Virus record (IMG/VR): IMGVR_UViG_3300024297_000001
DNA length: 64,000 nucleotides
Source: a virus
Taxonomy: Duplodnaviria > Caudoviricetes
Reading direction: 5' to 3' (one strand)
The translations under genes and the position numbers were made by a program. Within the stretch, counting starts at the first letter, position 1, and each line of letters begins with the position of its first letter. Below, one piece after another: positions 48,434-57,857 of this stretch. The notes under the pieces were generated by a model. That model was not told the origin of the DNA. It was given only the letters and a program-made list of their open reading frames with translations, and did not search any database.

Positions 48434-49413
48434 ACGTATCTCGCATTTAATGGCTCGCTATAACTCTGTACTTGTTCACCTACTTTTACCAAGTCGTGTT
48501 TAGCACAGAACTTCATAAGTTTAATACCTACTTGTGTAATTGCCTTAGGCTCTACTGTAGCATCTTTGATTACACTATCAATAATACTTCTAATGTTATC
48601 TGGCTGTGCAGTCAAATCACAAAGTGTTACGTTACGAGTATAGTCATCTAATACTCTATGTTCGTCACCATTATGATCTACCCAACGTTGTAACATCAAG
48701 TTATTCCAGTTGTAGCCTTTGCTATCCTTGTCAGCAAACGCCTCTGTTAAGCCTACCTTGTTCTTTGTACCTTTTACTCTTACACCAGGATATGCACTGA
48801 ACACGTTATCACTTGTGTCACCTCGCATACACTTTTCAAACAATAACCATTGTGGATTAGGTGCAGGACGTTCTGCCTTAGTTTTCTTATCTATAACACG
48901 ATTACCTTTCTTATCAAAGTAACCTTCATGTGTAATAGTCATGTCTTGAATACCATTGTATTGTTTACAGTTAGGAGCAATAAGTTGTGCAAAGTCGCCA
49001 TCAGTTGAAACAATAACATGATTATCATTAGGGTGTGCTTGTACCCAACCTGCAATCAAGTCATCTGCTTCAAGTTCAGGATGTTGTAATACAGAACAAT
49101 TAGTTTTATTACCTACGAAATCTTTGAACTCATCAAACATTTCCCAGAACACTTCATCTTCTTCTTGTTGTTGTGGAGTAGCCGCCGCTCGTGCATCACT
49201 TCTATTTCGCTTGTACGGCTCATAAAAGTCCTTACGCCAACTACGACCTTCTAAACAAAATACAACATGCGACCCATCAAAGTCCTGCCAAGCCTTTCTT
49301 ACACCAGCAAGTGTAATATGAAAAGCCATACCAACCTTATCTGTAAGGTTACCACGAATTACGTGTCTTGCACGAAAAAATGTGTTAGCAGTATCAACGA
49401 GTATGTATGTCAT
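48424..49413 (-). CDS. rnh: T4 RNase H-like 5'-3' exonuclease / flap nuclease
   Basis: ILVD, YKRNR, LEADD, IVSTDGDFAQL, GDTSDNV. Confidence 0.85.
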   Translation of the reverse strand: MTYILVDTANTFFRARHVIRGNLTDKVGMAFHITLAGVRKAWQDFDGSHVVFCLEGRSWRKDFYEPYKRNRSDARAAATPQQQEEDEVFWEMFDEFKDFVGNKTNCSVLQHPELEADDLIAGWVQAHPNDNHVIVSTDGDFAQLIAPNCKQYNGIQDMTITHEGYFDKKGNRVIDKKTKAERPAPNPQWLLFEKCMRGDTSDNVFSAYPGVRVKGTKNKVGLTEAFADKDSKGYNWNNLMLQRWVDHNGDEHRVLDDYTRNVTLCDLTAQPDNIRSIIDSVIKDATVEPKAITQVGIKLMKFCAKHDLVKVGEQVQSYSEPLNARYVCN

Positions 49414-49445
49414 TTAGTTGTCCTCTTGTAATAAAATATAGTGTT

Positions 49446-49474
49446 ATTATACTACTTTTTAGTACTGTTGTCAA
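49446..49474 (-). promoter_or_regulatory. sigma70-type early promoter inside the 3' end of the upstream gene
   Basis: TTGACA-17 nt-TATAAT. Confidence 0.85.
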
Positions 49475-50180
49475 CCTGTTTATTTGCTTCTGCTTGTGCT
49501 TTATACTTTTCTTGTATTTTGGTTAGCACTTCTTTGTTCATAAACGGAATGGCATTCATTTCTTCGTGATTGAATGAACCCGTTAATCTTAAATCAAATG
49601 CTACACTAACTCTTGGATCTTTTGAATCATGCTCACCTGTATAGTGTTGTGTGCTACTCGGGAACATTACACAGCCACCTTTTTTATTTGGTAAGCCAAG
49701 TTTTGATTCAGGATCATAACAACTTCTGTAAAATGTTGCAGTTGAATAATCTTCCAAATGCATATTACCACTCAAATAAGAATCTGGTTGAGCACCGTGT
49801 GAGTGCGGTTCCATTGCTTCATTTTGTTTAAGAATGTTTGCCCAACATACAATCTGCAAGTCTTTAAGTTCAAGTTGTGCAGTTTGCACGTACTCAATAT
49901 ATGAATATCTTAAAAACGTTAGCAGTTCATTAAATGCAGGATCGTCTTGTGATAGTAAGTTATACTTTCCAAAACGTGTTGTAATATGATCTTTGCTTAG
50001 ACCTGTACCACCTGTTGAGGTATATTCGTAATCTAAGATAGTCTTCTCGTTATCAATTATCCATTTTTTAATGGCATCTACATGCTCATGGTCAGTCCAG
50101 TTTGTTAACCAAAGAGGAATATTCCAACTTGGTGCAAACTCTGTTAATGGATGAAAACTTTTAATTCTTACAATACTCAT
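49452..50180 (-). CDS. 2OG-Fe(II) oxygenase-like protein
   Basis: WAN..., EPHSH, LSGNMHL, GGCVMFPSSTQH, RVSVAFD. Confidence 0.7.
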   Translation of the reverse strand: MSIVRIKSFHPLTEFAPSWNIPLWLTNWTDHEHVDAIKKWIIDNEKTILDYEYTSTGGTGLSKDHITTRFGKYNLLSQDDPAFNELLTFLRYSYIEYVQTAQLELKDLQIVCWANILKQNEAMEPHSHGAQPDSYLSGNMHLEDYSTATFYRSCYDPESKLGLPNKKGGCVMFPSSTQHYTGEHDSKDPRVSVAFDLRLTGSFNHEEMNAIPFMNKEVLTKIQEKYKAQAEANKQVDNSTKK

Positions 50181-50302
50181 TACTTAATCTTCTTTCCGAT
50201 ATGACACATTTCTTTTAGTATCATTCTTAAATTTCTTGCAATCTTATATAGAAAAAATACTCCTGCAATCATTATTGCGGTATCTAAATATTCAATTATC
50301 AT
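50180..50302 (-). CDS. Small membrane protein missed by the ORF track (40 aa)
   Basis: MIIEYLDTAIMIAGVFFLYKIARNLRMILKEMCHIGKKIK; SD GAGGT; ATGA overlap upstream and TAATG overlap downstream. Confidence 0.65.
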   Translation of the reverse strand: MIIEYLDTAIMIAGVFFLYKIARNLRMILKEMCHIGKKIK

Positions 50303-50670
50303 TTTACCTCCGATTTATCTTTGCTTATTTTTGTTGTGTTAATATAACCTGCACCTCTTGTAGTGTCCATGCCTTCTTCTGCAAGTACATTTCTTGCGAG
50401 GTCTTTAAACCACAGGTCAACAATTTCTTCATTTGACTCACCTTTGTAACCAGCATCAAGCAGTTGCTCAATAAACTCGTTGTTCCAGTCAAGTTCAAAG
50501 AAACCATTTTTAATATTATCTTTGTTTACTTGTGTATCAAGTACGCCAACCCAAGGTTTCTTAGCCTTAGTTGCCGCTTCTTTTTCTTTTAACATAAGAT
50601 CTCTATGCGAGAGCTCAGTTCCTTTTGTAGCCTTTTTCATGCCTAACATGTCTTTCATTTTATCTAACAT
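50299..50670 (-). CDS. Hypothetical protein
   Basis: Contains GFFELDWNNEFIEQL...GY.G; start reassigned to 50670. Confidence 0.7.
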   Translation of the reverse strand: MLDKMKDMLGMKKATKGTELSHRDLMLKEKEAATKAKKPWVGVLDTQVNKDNIKNGFFELDWNNEFIEQLLDAGYKGESNEEIVDLWFKDLARNVLAEEGMDTTRGAGYINTTKISKDKSEVK

Positions 50671-50672
50671 AT

Positions 50673-51113
50673 TCACCATCCTGCCTTTCTAATAGCATCT
50701 TCGTCAAGTTGCTTGTTTTTGTTTTTCTTCTTACGTTTCACTTCGTCACGTGCCTCGTTCATTTCTTTATATGGATATAAACCGTCTGAATGTAAATGTA
50801 CATCATTATCGACTTTTACTTTTTTCTTTGTTAACTTCTTAACAAGTAATGGAAGATACACACTTACGCCTACAACCGTCCAAAAGGTTGCCAGCACTGT
50901 GAAATATAACTTCCAGTTAGCAATGTCTACCGCCATACCTAACGTAACACCACCTATCCATACATAATCTAATAAGGCATGGAAACGTTTCCAATTACTT
51001 CCATACTTGGCTATTAGTGCTTCTCTCTTATGTGCAAACCAAGGGTGTACGTGTCGCATGATCACGAACCCTTCGTTCAATACCATAACAGTAAATCCTA
51101 ACCAAAATATCAT
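50673..51113 (-). CDS. Hypothetical membrane protein
   Basis: Three hydrophobic segments and a basic C-terminus. Confidence 0.6.
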   Translation of the reverse strand: MIFWLGFTVMVLNEGFVIMRHVHPWFAHKREALIAKYGSNWKRFHALLDYVWIGGVTLGMAVDIANWKLYFTVLATFWTVVGVSVYLPLLVKKLTKKKVKVDNDVHLHSDGLYPYKEMNEARDEVKRKKKNKNKQLDEDAIRKAGW

Positions 51114-51114
51114 A

Positions 51115-52014
51115 TTATGTTCCTATGGCGTTACCAAACAAGTAAACGTGTACTCGTGCCGCCACATTATATCCTCTCTGAAAAGCCATCTTTGCAACAT
51201 CACCTGCCGTTGCAGTTTGCTCTTCTTCTCTGGCTCCTACAGGCATAACCCATACAGGCCATTCAACGCCTTCTGCTCTAAATTTTTCTATAACAGAATC
51301 CATTTCATCCCATTGTCTTTGTTCAGAACCAACAACAAACTTTAATTGTCCTGCTTTAGATAGTTCTGCATATTCGCCAACTACTTCTGGAATAATTGCT
51401 TTTTTACTTTCTTCACCTGCTACTGTCCATAATTTAGGACTACAACTAAAGAATACTTCTTCATTAATTCTTTTTACCCATTCTTTAAATGGATCTCTTA
51501 ACTTCTGTGTGCCGTTAGTTTCAAACGTCATGCTATCAGGCAAGTTACCTTGTCTTTCAAGTTCTTCATATATTCCAACACTTGCCGCCTGTCCTGTAAC
51601 CATTAAAGGTTCACCGCCAGTAAAACATAAGTGTTGTCTTTGTTTACTCATAGGATGAAGAAACAATCCTTCTGGATTGCTATCTGTTTTTAATATATCA
51701 ACAATCTTATTTGCTAATACAGTAGGAGTTTCTTGTCCCATTAAGTGTTTATACTTCTTTGCCCAAGTATAAGAACTATCGCAACCTTTTTCCCATACAG
51801 GTAAGTCTTCAACTCTTTTTACTTGGCTTACGTCATAATCCAGGAACGGCAGGTCATATGTATCCGGGTTAGTTGGATCTACTTGACCAAAGCCGCTACA
51901 CTGTAAGTTACACAAGAAGAATCTAATCCATGCTGTCGGAACACCAGTATAGTGTCCTTCACCTTGAATGGAGTGAAATATCTCACTGTAATAATACTTC
52001 TTCTCAGTTGTCAT
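51115..52014 (-). CDS. queE: 7-carboxy-7-deazaguanine synthase (QueE-like radical SAM)
   Basis: EIFHSIQGEG..TGVP..WIRF, TGGEP, ETNGT, SCSPK, RVHVYLFG; Cys motif split as CX3CX38C. Confidence 0.85.
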   Translation of the reverse strand: MTTEKKYYYSEIFHSIQGEGHYTGVPTAWIRFFLCNLQCSGFGQVDPTNPDTYDLPFLDYDVSQVKRVEDLPVWEKGCDSSYTWAKKYKHLMGQETPTVLANKIVDILKTDSNPEGLFLHPMSKQRQHLCFTGGEPLMVTGQAASVGIYEELERQGNLPDSMTFETNGTQKLRDPFKEWVKRINEEVFFSCSPKLWTVAGEESKKAIIPEVVGEYAELSKAGQLKFVVGSEQRQWDEMDSVIEKFRAEGVEWPVWVMPVGAREEEQTATAGDVAKMAFQRGYNVAARVHVYLFGNAIGT

Positions 52015-52026
52015 TATAAGAGCCTC

Positions 52027-52710
52027 CTAACAAGCAAACTGTTGTTGCAGTTTTACGTTGTCTATAAACTCTTTTTTAGTTGCTGGATCGTCTTTAAATG
52101 CTCCACGTAATACAGTAGTTTGCGTTAAAGAACTATGTGCTTTAATACCTCTGTTCTCACAACAACCATGTGTTGCTTGTACATAAACACCAACGTGTTC
52201 ACTACCTGTTTCTTTTTGTATTGCATTTGCAATCATAACATTAAGTTCTTCTTGCAATGTTCCACGTGTTGCACACCATTGTGCGATCCTTGTGTACTTA
52301 CTAAGACCTAAAAGTTTCGGACCTGCAATGATACCAATGTATGCTACTCCTTTAACAGTCTGGTGATGATGTGAACATAAACTTGTAAGTTCACTCCTTA
52401 CTACCAACATACCTTCATAACCACCTTCAATGTAGTTTGGAAATGCACTTGGGTTAGGCATCTTATCATAACGTCCGGCCATAATCTCATTAATGTACAT
52501 CTTAGCCATACGTCTTGCAGTATCCATACTGTTAGGATCTGTTTCTGTATCAATTAACAGTTTTTGCAATACATTTTCAAAAGCAGGAATTGCCTCTTCG
52601 ATAAGTGCTTGTTTGTCACCTTCTTCGAGTACTTCGCTAATATTATCATTAGCCCAGTAACGAATACCTTGCTCTTTTAGTTTTGCTTTTATTTCTTCTA
52701 CTTTACTCAT
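52027..52710 (-). CDS. folE: GTP cyclohydrolase I
   Basis: SLCSHHH, GLSKYTRI, QEEL, HGCCENRG; SD GGAG. Confidence 0.95.
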   Translation of the reverse strand: MSKVEEIKAKLKEQGIRYWANDNISEVLEEGDKQALIEEAIPAFENVLQKLLIDTETDPNSMDTARRMAKMYINEIMAGRYDKMPNPSAFPNYIEGGYEGMLVVRSELTSLCSHHHQTVKGVAYIGIIAGPKLLGLSKYTRIAQWCATRGTLQEELNVMIANAIQKETGSEHVGVYVQATHGCCENRGIKAHSSLTQTTVLRGAFKDDPATKKEFIDNVKLQQQFAC

Positions 52711-52759
52711 TTACTTCTCCGATGTTAAGGCAGTGGATTGCCTGTCTTAGTTGTATTAT

Positions 52760-52788
52760 ATTATACGATATATTTAGATCAATGTCAA
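52760..52788 (-). promoter_or_regulatory. sigma70-type promoter of folE-queE, with TAAATA in the spacer
   Basis: TTGACA-17 nt-TATAAT; 5' UTR hairpin AGGCA/TGCCT at 52728-52743. Confidence 0.85.
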
Positions 52789-52805
52789 ACACTTTATATA
52801 TGGAT

Positions 52806-53009
52806 TTAACCAAAGTATTTGTTGAGCATTTCTAAACGATCGTGCGCCTGAGCCATTTTATCCAATTCCTTTTGGATGGTCTCAATAATATCTGAGTGTT
52901 CACCAATTCCAACTACCTGTTGCATGTACACTTCGATATTAGCCTTGTGCAAGTCAATCTCTGCTTCTGCATGTTTTCTTGCCGCATCTATCATTACTTG
53001 TTTCAACAT
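52806..53009 (-). CDS. Hypothetical protein (helical, 67 aa)
   Basis: SD GGAAG; VGIGEH motif. Confidence 0.65.
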   Translation of the reverse strand: MLKQVMIDAARKHAEAEIDLHKANIEVYMQQVVGIGEHSDIIETIQKELDKMAQAHDRLEMLNKYFG

Positions 53010-53815
53010 AAACTTCCTTTCATGTTAGGGATATATTCGTTTGCAATAAGAGTATGTGCTTCTAAATTGAAATGCTCATCATCTACTACAAAGTCTTGTA
53101 ATTCACCCTTGGTTAATAAAAACTGTGTTGCAGTTTTTTCTGATACGTCCGCTTGTACGTTCCCAATGATATTTAGATCTTTAGGTAGCCAAGTCTGGTC
53201 GTTTATGGCAAAGATTTTTAACACCGCGTTGTTTTCTTTGCACATTTGATTCCAAAGATATACTTCTTTGAAAAACTGTCTTTGATTAACAACAGTCATT
53301 ACTTCGTACCATGCTTTTACTCTTTGGTAACCTTCCTGTTGTAAGTTTGGTTCAACTAAATCAAACGGATCAAACTTCATACTTAATGTTGGTTGTATTG
53401 CATAATCACCAGACATAGTTATACGTCCGCCATCAAAACTTTTAAGTTCGTCATTCCACATATTAATATTATAACAATCAATACGTCCTTTTGTTTCTTC
53501 TTGCATCATATGAGCATCAAGTGGAATAATGTTTTCGTAATAACAAGGATTACTAAATCCTAATCTATAACGATTCCAATATGTTTGTTGTATAACAACT
53601 TCGTCAATGTCGTCATACTTTTTAAACAAGAAAGCAAGACGCTCACTATAATCATACCAACCTCTACCAGGACAAGCAAATATCACACCGTCCTTGTTTT
53701 GATTGTTAATATAAACTTCCGCCCAGTTGTTATCATTCCAACGGTCACGTATACCATCGGGAGCAGGGAATTGATATCCTGCACTATGACTACAACCTAT
53801 AACGGCAGTTCTCAT
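53003..53815 (-). CDS. SGNH/GDSL-like protein
   Basis: VIGCSHSAG, C-terminal DDEHFN (DxxH); TAATG start at 53815. Confidence 0.5.
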   Translation of the reverse strand: MRTAVIGCSHSAGYQFPAPDGIRDRWNDNNWAEVYINNQNKDGVIFACPGRGWYDYSERLAFLFKKYDDIDEVVIQQTYWNRYRLGFSNPCYYENIIPLDAHMMQEETKGRIDCYNINMWNDELKSFDGGRITMSGDYAIQPTLSMKFDPFDLVEPNLQQEGYQRVKAWYEVMTVVNQRQFFKEVYLWNQMCKENNAVLKIFAINDQTWLPKDLNIIGNVQADVSEKTATQFLLTKGELQDFVVDDEHFNLEAHTLIANEYIPNMKGSLC

Positions 53816-54207
53816 TATACGCAATCTCCTTCAAGAAATAAATCTGGTTGTTTAGGATTTGAAATTGTATACTTTTGCATATTAGGAATAACTCCACGTA
53901 CACCGCCTTTAGGATCAGACATGTCGCCTTTGCGTCTTGGAATTAAATGTACGTGTGGATACATAACAGTTTGTCCTGCTTCTTCTCCAACGTTCTGTCC
54001 TACATTAAAAGCATCACAGTAGCCACGTTCAACCCAATCGTAACCCCATTTATATGCCGCTTCCCAACACTTAACAATATCTTGCCAAGACTGCTCTTTC
54101 GGTACAAAAAGAAGATGTCCTTCTGTTACTGGATACTTGTCTTTAAAAACTGTAAAACCTTTAGCATCAAGTAAAACATCTTTCCATGGTGTTTCGTTAA
54201 ATTGCAT
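53815..54207 (-). CDS. HIT family nucleotide hydrolase
   Basis: DKYPVTEGHLLFVPK, GQTVMYPHVHLIPR. Confidence 0.9.
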   Translation of the reverse strand: MQFNETPWKDVLLDAKGFTVFKDKYPVTEGHLLFVPKEQSWQDIVKCWEAAYKWGYDWVERGYCDAFNVGQNVGEEAGQTVMYPHVHLIPRRKGDMSDPKGGVRGVIPNMQKYTISNPKQPDLFLEGDCV

Positions 54208-54780
54208 TTAATATACTCCTACGTTTTCCCAAGGATAAACCAACCAGACGTCTTCCTCGGCTTTGTTAACTTCATGACAACTATAACTCACCTGGCTAAA
54301 GTTGCTGGCTAAATTTTCTGTAAGTGTAGCAAATTTTACACTGTTTCCCCATACCGCATTCCAGGCAACATCTTCTTGTGGCAAACAACCACTTTGCCAA
54401 TCATTCTTAATCCAATTAAATGTAGCACCAGTATCGTTGATGTCATCTACAATAAGTATCTTCTTTCTTAAACTTGGATCCCATCTTGAACCTGCAACCT
54501 TAGTTGTTGTACCTGTGGTATCTTCATTGTAACCAAATGCATCACTGGCCATCCAGGCGGCACTATCATTATAGCCACCTTTCTCTCCATCACGTAAACT
54601 TACCTTAAGTGCTTCGCAACGTATTCCTGTCATGTTACTAATAATAGTTGCAGGAACATTACCACCTCGTGTAATGCCTACAATATAGTCAGGACGCCAA
54701 TCGTCCTTGTACATCTGATTTATAATACTTTGACACATATTTTCTACGTCAGTCCAAGTATAATAATGCTTCTTAACCAT
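54208..54780 (-). CDS. Purine phosphoribosyltransferase (Gpt-like)
   Basis: IVGITRGG, ILIVDDINDTGATF, WLVYPWE; SD GGAG before ATG 54780. Confidence 0.85.
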   Translation of the reverse strand: MVKKHYYTWTDVENMCQSIINQMYKDDWRPDYIVGITRGGNVPATIISNMTGIRCEALKVSLRDGEKGGYNDSAAWMASDAFGYNEDTTGTTTKVAGSRWDPSLRKKILIVDDINDTGATFNWIKNDWQSGCLPQEDVAWNAVWGNSVKFATLTENLASNFSQVSYSCHEVNKAEEDVWLVYPWENVGVY

Positions 54781-55405
54781 AGTTTCTCCTAATTTGTAAT
54801 ACGTCTTGATTACCTTGTTGAACAATTATTCCAGTACCGTTGCCTTTACCTGCCTCAACAAATTTAAGTGCAGGAACAAATCTTGCAGTGTTTCTAAATC
54901 CTGTAGCACTATGATTAATGCTACTCTTAAAGAAACAGAACCTGCCTGGTATTGGTGCGATACTTAACACCAATGGATCTGTGTTTCCTTGTATATCTTG
55001 AAGTTTATATCCATCAAGATCATCTTTAGTAATATAGAACTTTGTTTCTCCTTTATCATCAGGCTTCCATGATGTATTGCAGTAATAAAGCAATGTCCAA
55101 TCACAATCATCTTTGTGATAGTATGCATCTTCGCCTGTTGCAAAAAAGTTTAAGTTACTTCTACGGTATTCTAATCCTTCAAGGTCTTTTAGTTTTTCAT
55201 TAACTACGTTCCATAAAGTTTGCCATGAATGAGTAGGCTCAAAGTCAAAGCATTGTAATCCTGTAGGTGGTTGATCTGGATTGTCTCTCGTACCCCACTT
55301 AAACGGAACATCTTGAATATTCTTTTCAAGAGCACCTATAGTATTAGGTGTAAACACGTTATCGTATGTTATTATAAGTCCGCCAAAGTAAGATGTTCTA
55401 TCCAA
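54773..55405 (-). CDS. 2OG-Fe(II) oxygenase (prolyl-hydroxylase-like)
   Basis: YYHKD, TLLYY, GETKFY, INH...RF. Confidence 0.75.
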   Translation of the reverse strand: MDRTSYFGGLIITYDNVFTPNTIGALEKNIQDVPFKWGTRDNPDQPPTGLQCFDFEPTHSWQTLWNVVNEKLKDLEGLEYRRSNLNFFATGEDAYYHKDDCDWTLLYYCNTSWKPDDKGETKFYITKDDLDGYKLQDIQGNTDPLVLSIAPIPGRFCFFKSSINHSATGFRNTARFVPALKFVEAGKGNGTGIIVQQGNQDVLQIRRNYG

Positions 55406-55916
55406 TGTTATTCTCCCGTTCGTTCAAGTATTCTTCATTATGAACCCATCTGTAACCTGCATTGGCCCATTCATTACCTGAGTTACCATATACGAAACGT
55501 ACAAATCCCCATTCCTTTTCTTTACGTCCCATATAAAAAATACTCCAACAAGGTATTTCATTTCCATCTTCGTCTTTAGCAAGTTCTAACCAATGTAAGT
55601 CATCTGCTTTTCTAAAACGGAAACTACCAGGTCCACGCCATACTTTTGTTGAACCAACGACAGCACCTTCCTGTGAATGTATTGGAATGTGTTCCCAATA
55701 TCCACCTTTAATAATAAATGCTCCCCAATTCCAAGGATGATCATGCAATGTAGGTTCATCACTTACAAGAACCTTATGCAATGTAATATTGAAAGGAAAC
55801 TTCTTTCTATCTTTTAGAAACAAGTAGTAACGAACAAGATATGGTATCTTGCCTGTTCTATCTGTAATAACTCGGCGTCTTCCGAGCATGTCCATTATTT
55901 TAGAAAGGAAGTTCAT
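55398..55916 (-). CDS. Cupin-like protein
   Basis: LHDHPWNW...GGYWE...HWLEL. Confidence 0.55.
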   Translation of the reverse strand: MNFLSKIMDMLGRRRVITDRTGKIPYLVRYYLFLKDRKKFPFNITLHKVLVSDEPTLHDHPWNWGAFIIKGGYWEHIPIHSQEGAVVGSTKVWRGPGSFRFRKADDLHWLELAKDEDGNEIPCWSIFYMGRKEKEWGFVRFVYGNSGNEWANAGYRWVHNEEYLNERENNIG

Positions 55917-56202
55917 CTTTATAATCGTCTTTCACTAAATTGTATACTTCTAAAAATTTTTCATATTGTATTTTTAAAGCAGGATATTGTTTAATCATTT
56001 CTTGTACTTTGTATTCGCTTGGCCATGTTTCTTCTTTGTATGATGTGCCTGCAAAGTCAGTGTTAATTGTTAATGGAGTAGTACCGTCTTGACCATCTAA
56101 GTCTGAAATGTCAAATGTGTATGTTGGTGTTTCACTCACTATGCCGCCAACTGTTTCACCACTGTATGTAAGTGTATAATCAGTGCTATCATCGTCCATC
56201 AT
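55900..56202 (-). CDS. Hypothetical acidic protein
   Basis: SD GGAG; acidic composition. Confidence 0.6.
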   Translation of the reverse strand: MMDDDSTDYTLTYSGETVGGIVSETPTYTFDISDLDGQDGTTPLTINTDFAGTSYKEETWPSEYKVQEMIKQYPALKIQYEKFLEVYNLVKDDYKDELPF

Positions 56203-57244
56203 TATCTCCAATAGTTTTATATAATGCTTTTCCTGAAAAGAACTCGCCTTTCAGTTTATTAACTTGTTGTTGTACTTTTAGCAAGTACTTGTCATAGTTC
56301 TCAACATAATCTGTAATAAGATTCATTACTTTTTGTTTATGTTTTTTGTAACTATCTAAGTCTTGTGTCCATTCACTTGGATATAAAAACTCTGGCAATG
56401 CCATTTCACTGTAACTTAATCTATCTGGCATCATTGGCAATGCATCTACAAGAGCACCTTCATACCAACTAATACCTAATGTTTCTTGTAAGTTAGCACT
56501 AAACACAACCTTTGCTTCACCTAATAAATTATGATATTCATTTTTAGTAAGTTCACGTTCTTGACAAATAACAAATTCGTATTGTGTCATGCTTTCTTTT
56601 AAATCTCTAAATATATCAACTTGCTTCTCTGGAGCAATTCTATGCGGAAACAAAATCATGTTTTTCTTTGTCATGCCTTTGTACTGTGCAAAACTATTTG
56701 CCAAGTACTCCATAGGCCAACCTACTATGTTTGACTTTGTTAATAATGTTGGAAAACTTTGTATATACAGTTGTTTATGAAACTCTGTTGCAAAAAAATT
56801 ATTATCATAGCATTCATACATACTACGTTCTGCACTTCTACACCAATCAGCATCACCAATTAATCTTCCTAAGAAGTCTTGTGGATCATAACTGCCGGCG
56901 TGCCACATACCACCTACCTTAATCTTAACACCAAGTAATTCAGCCATATACTTTAATTGTATTACAGTTGGATTCCAAGCATCTGTGTATAGGAAGTAGT
57001 CGCCATCTTTAATTTCACCATTAGCAAATAGTCTGCTAATTTCTAACATTTGCTGAGACTTATAATTGTTAGTCCCTGCAAAGTTAAGGAATGCCCCAGG
57101 CGTTGTAGCCTGAGGCACTTCTCCGCCACTAATAACAACTACCTCAGAATTAGTTGCACGTTTCATTTGCTTTGGAAGATGTTCCTTCCACTGCTTTGTG
57201 TAACGTGTATCAACTGCTTCAATGTCTACGATGTAAATTGTCAT
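56189..57244 (-). CDS. GT-B fold glycosyltransferase within the deazaguanine island
   Basis: WHAGSYD, FPHRIAPEKQ, ETLGISWYEG (ExFGxxxxE-like), PDRLSYSE. Confidence 0.8.
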   Translation of the reverse strand: MTIYIVDIEAVDTRYTKQWKEHLPKQMKRATNSEVVVISGGEVPQATTPGAFLNFAGTNNYKSQQMLEISRLFANGEIKDGDYFLYTDAWNPTVIQLKYMAELLGVKIKVGGMWHAGSYDPQDFLGRLIGDADWCRSAERSMYECYDNNFFATEFHKQLYIQSFPTLLTKSNIVGWPMEYLANSFAQYKGMTKKNMILFPHRIAPEKQVDIFRDLKESMTQYEFVICQERELTKNEYHNLLGEAKVVFSANLQETLGISWYEGALVDALPMMPDRLSYSEMALPEFLYPSEWTQDLDSYKKHKQKVMNLITDYVENYDKYLLKVQQQVNKLKGEFFSGKALYKTIGDNDGR

Positions 57245-57254
57245 TAGTGTCTCC

Positions 57255-57857
57255 TTATTTTAGTGCATACTTCTTTTGAAGTTGTTTCAACAATAGTCCG
57301 TATGCTGGTAGGAATACAATTAAGCCTACTGCAATTTTGAGTACAGTTTGTGATCCTGCAATCTCAACCCAGTTAGCCGCCATGTATTCATCTGCCGAGT
57401 TATTAAATGCGACAGCAAAGAACGTATACGTGTCAATGATGTTCGCCGCGATAGTAGATACCGCAGGTGCTAACCACCAATTCTTTGTAAACGCTTCTCT
57501 AATGTATTGGAATACATATACATCAAGCATTGTACCAATAGCATAAGCCGTTGCCGAAGCAAAACCAATACGCATTGCTACTGATTGTGGTGCTCCTTCT
57601 GCAAGTACAACTGCAATGGATCCAATGATTGCCAATGGATACGCCGCCGCGATTGTTGATCTTGCAATATTTTTTCCAAGTAGTCTAACAGTCAAGTCCG
57701 TTGCTATTACAACTAATGGGAAAGTAAATGCCGCCCACGTTAGTTTCACACCTGCAATTTCTACAGGGATTGCCACCAACGCATTTGAAACAGTGATCAC
57801 GATAACGTGAAGTGCCACTAATTTCATCAGCATACTTTTATCTACGTCTTTGAACAT
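57255..57857 (-). CDS. yhhQ: preQ0/preQ1 transporter (YhhQ/VUT family)
   Basis: SN..V...V...G..LT...FTFP..VIATD; ASATAY..G..LDV.VF; STIAANIIDT..FF.VAF; multi-TM. Confidence 0.85.
   Translation of the reverse strand: MFKDVDKSMLMKLVALHVIVITVSNALVAIPVEIAGVKLTWAAFTFPLVVIATDLTVRLLGKNIARSTIAAAYPLAIIGSIAVVLAEGAPQSVAMRIGFASATAYAIGTMLDVYVFQYIREAFTKNWWLAPAVSTIAANIIDTYTFFAVAFNNSADEYMAANWVEIAGSQTVLKIAVGLIVFLPAYGLLLKQLQKKYALK

Noticed and set aside
44077-52788. TAAATA inside the spacers of two sigma70 promoters as deliberate early/late dual promoters
   Set aside because: Only 2 of 6 promoters show it, at different offsets, in very AT-rich spacers; chance cannot be excluded without TSS data
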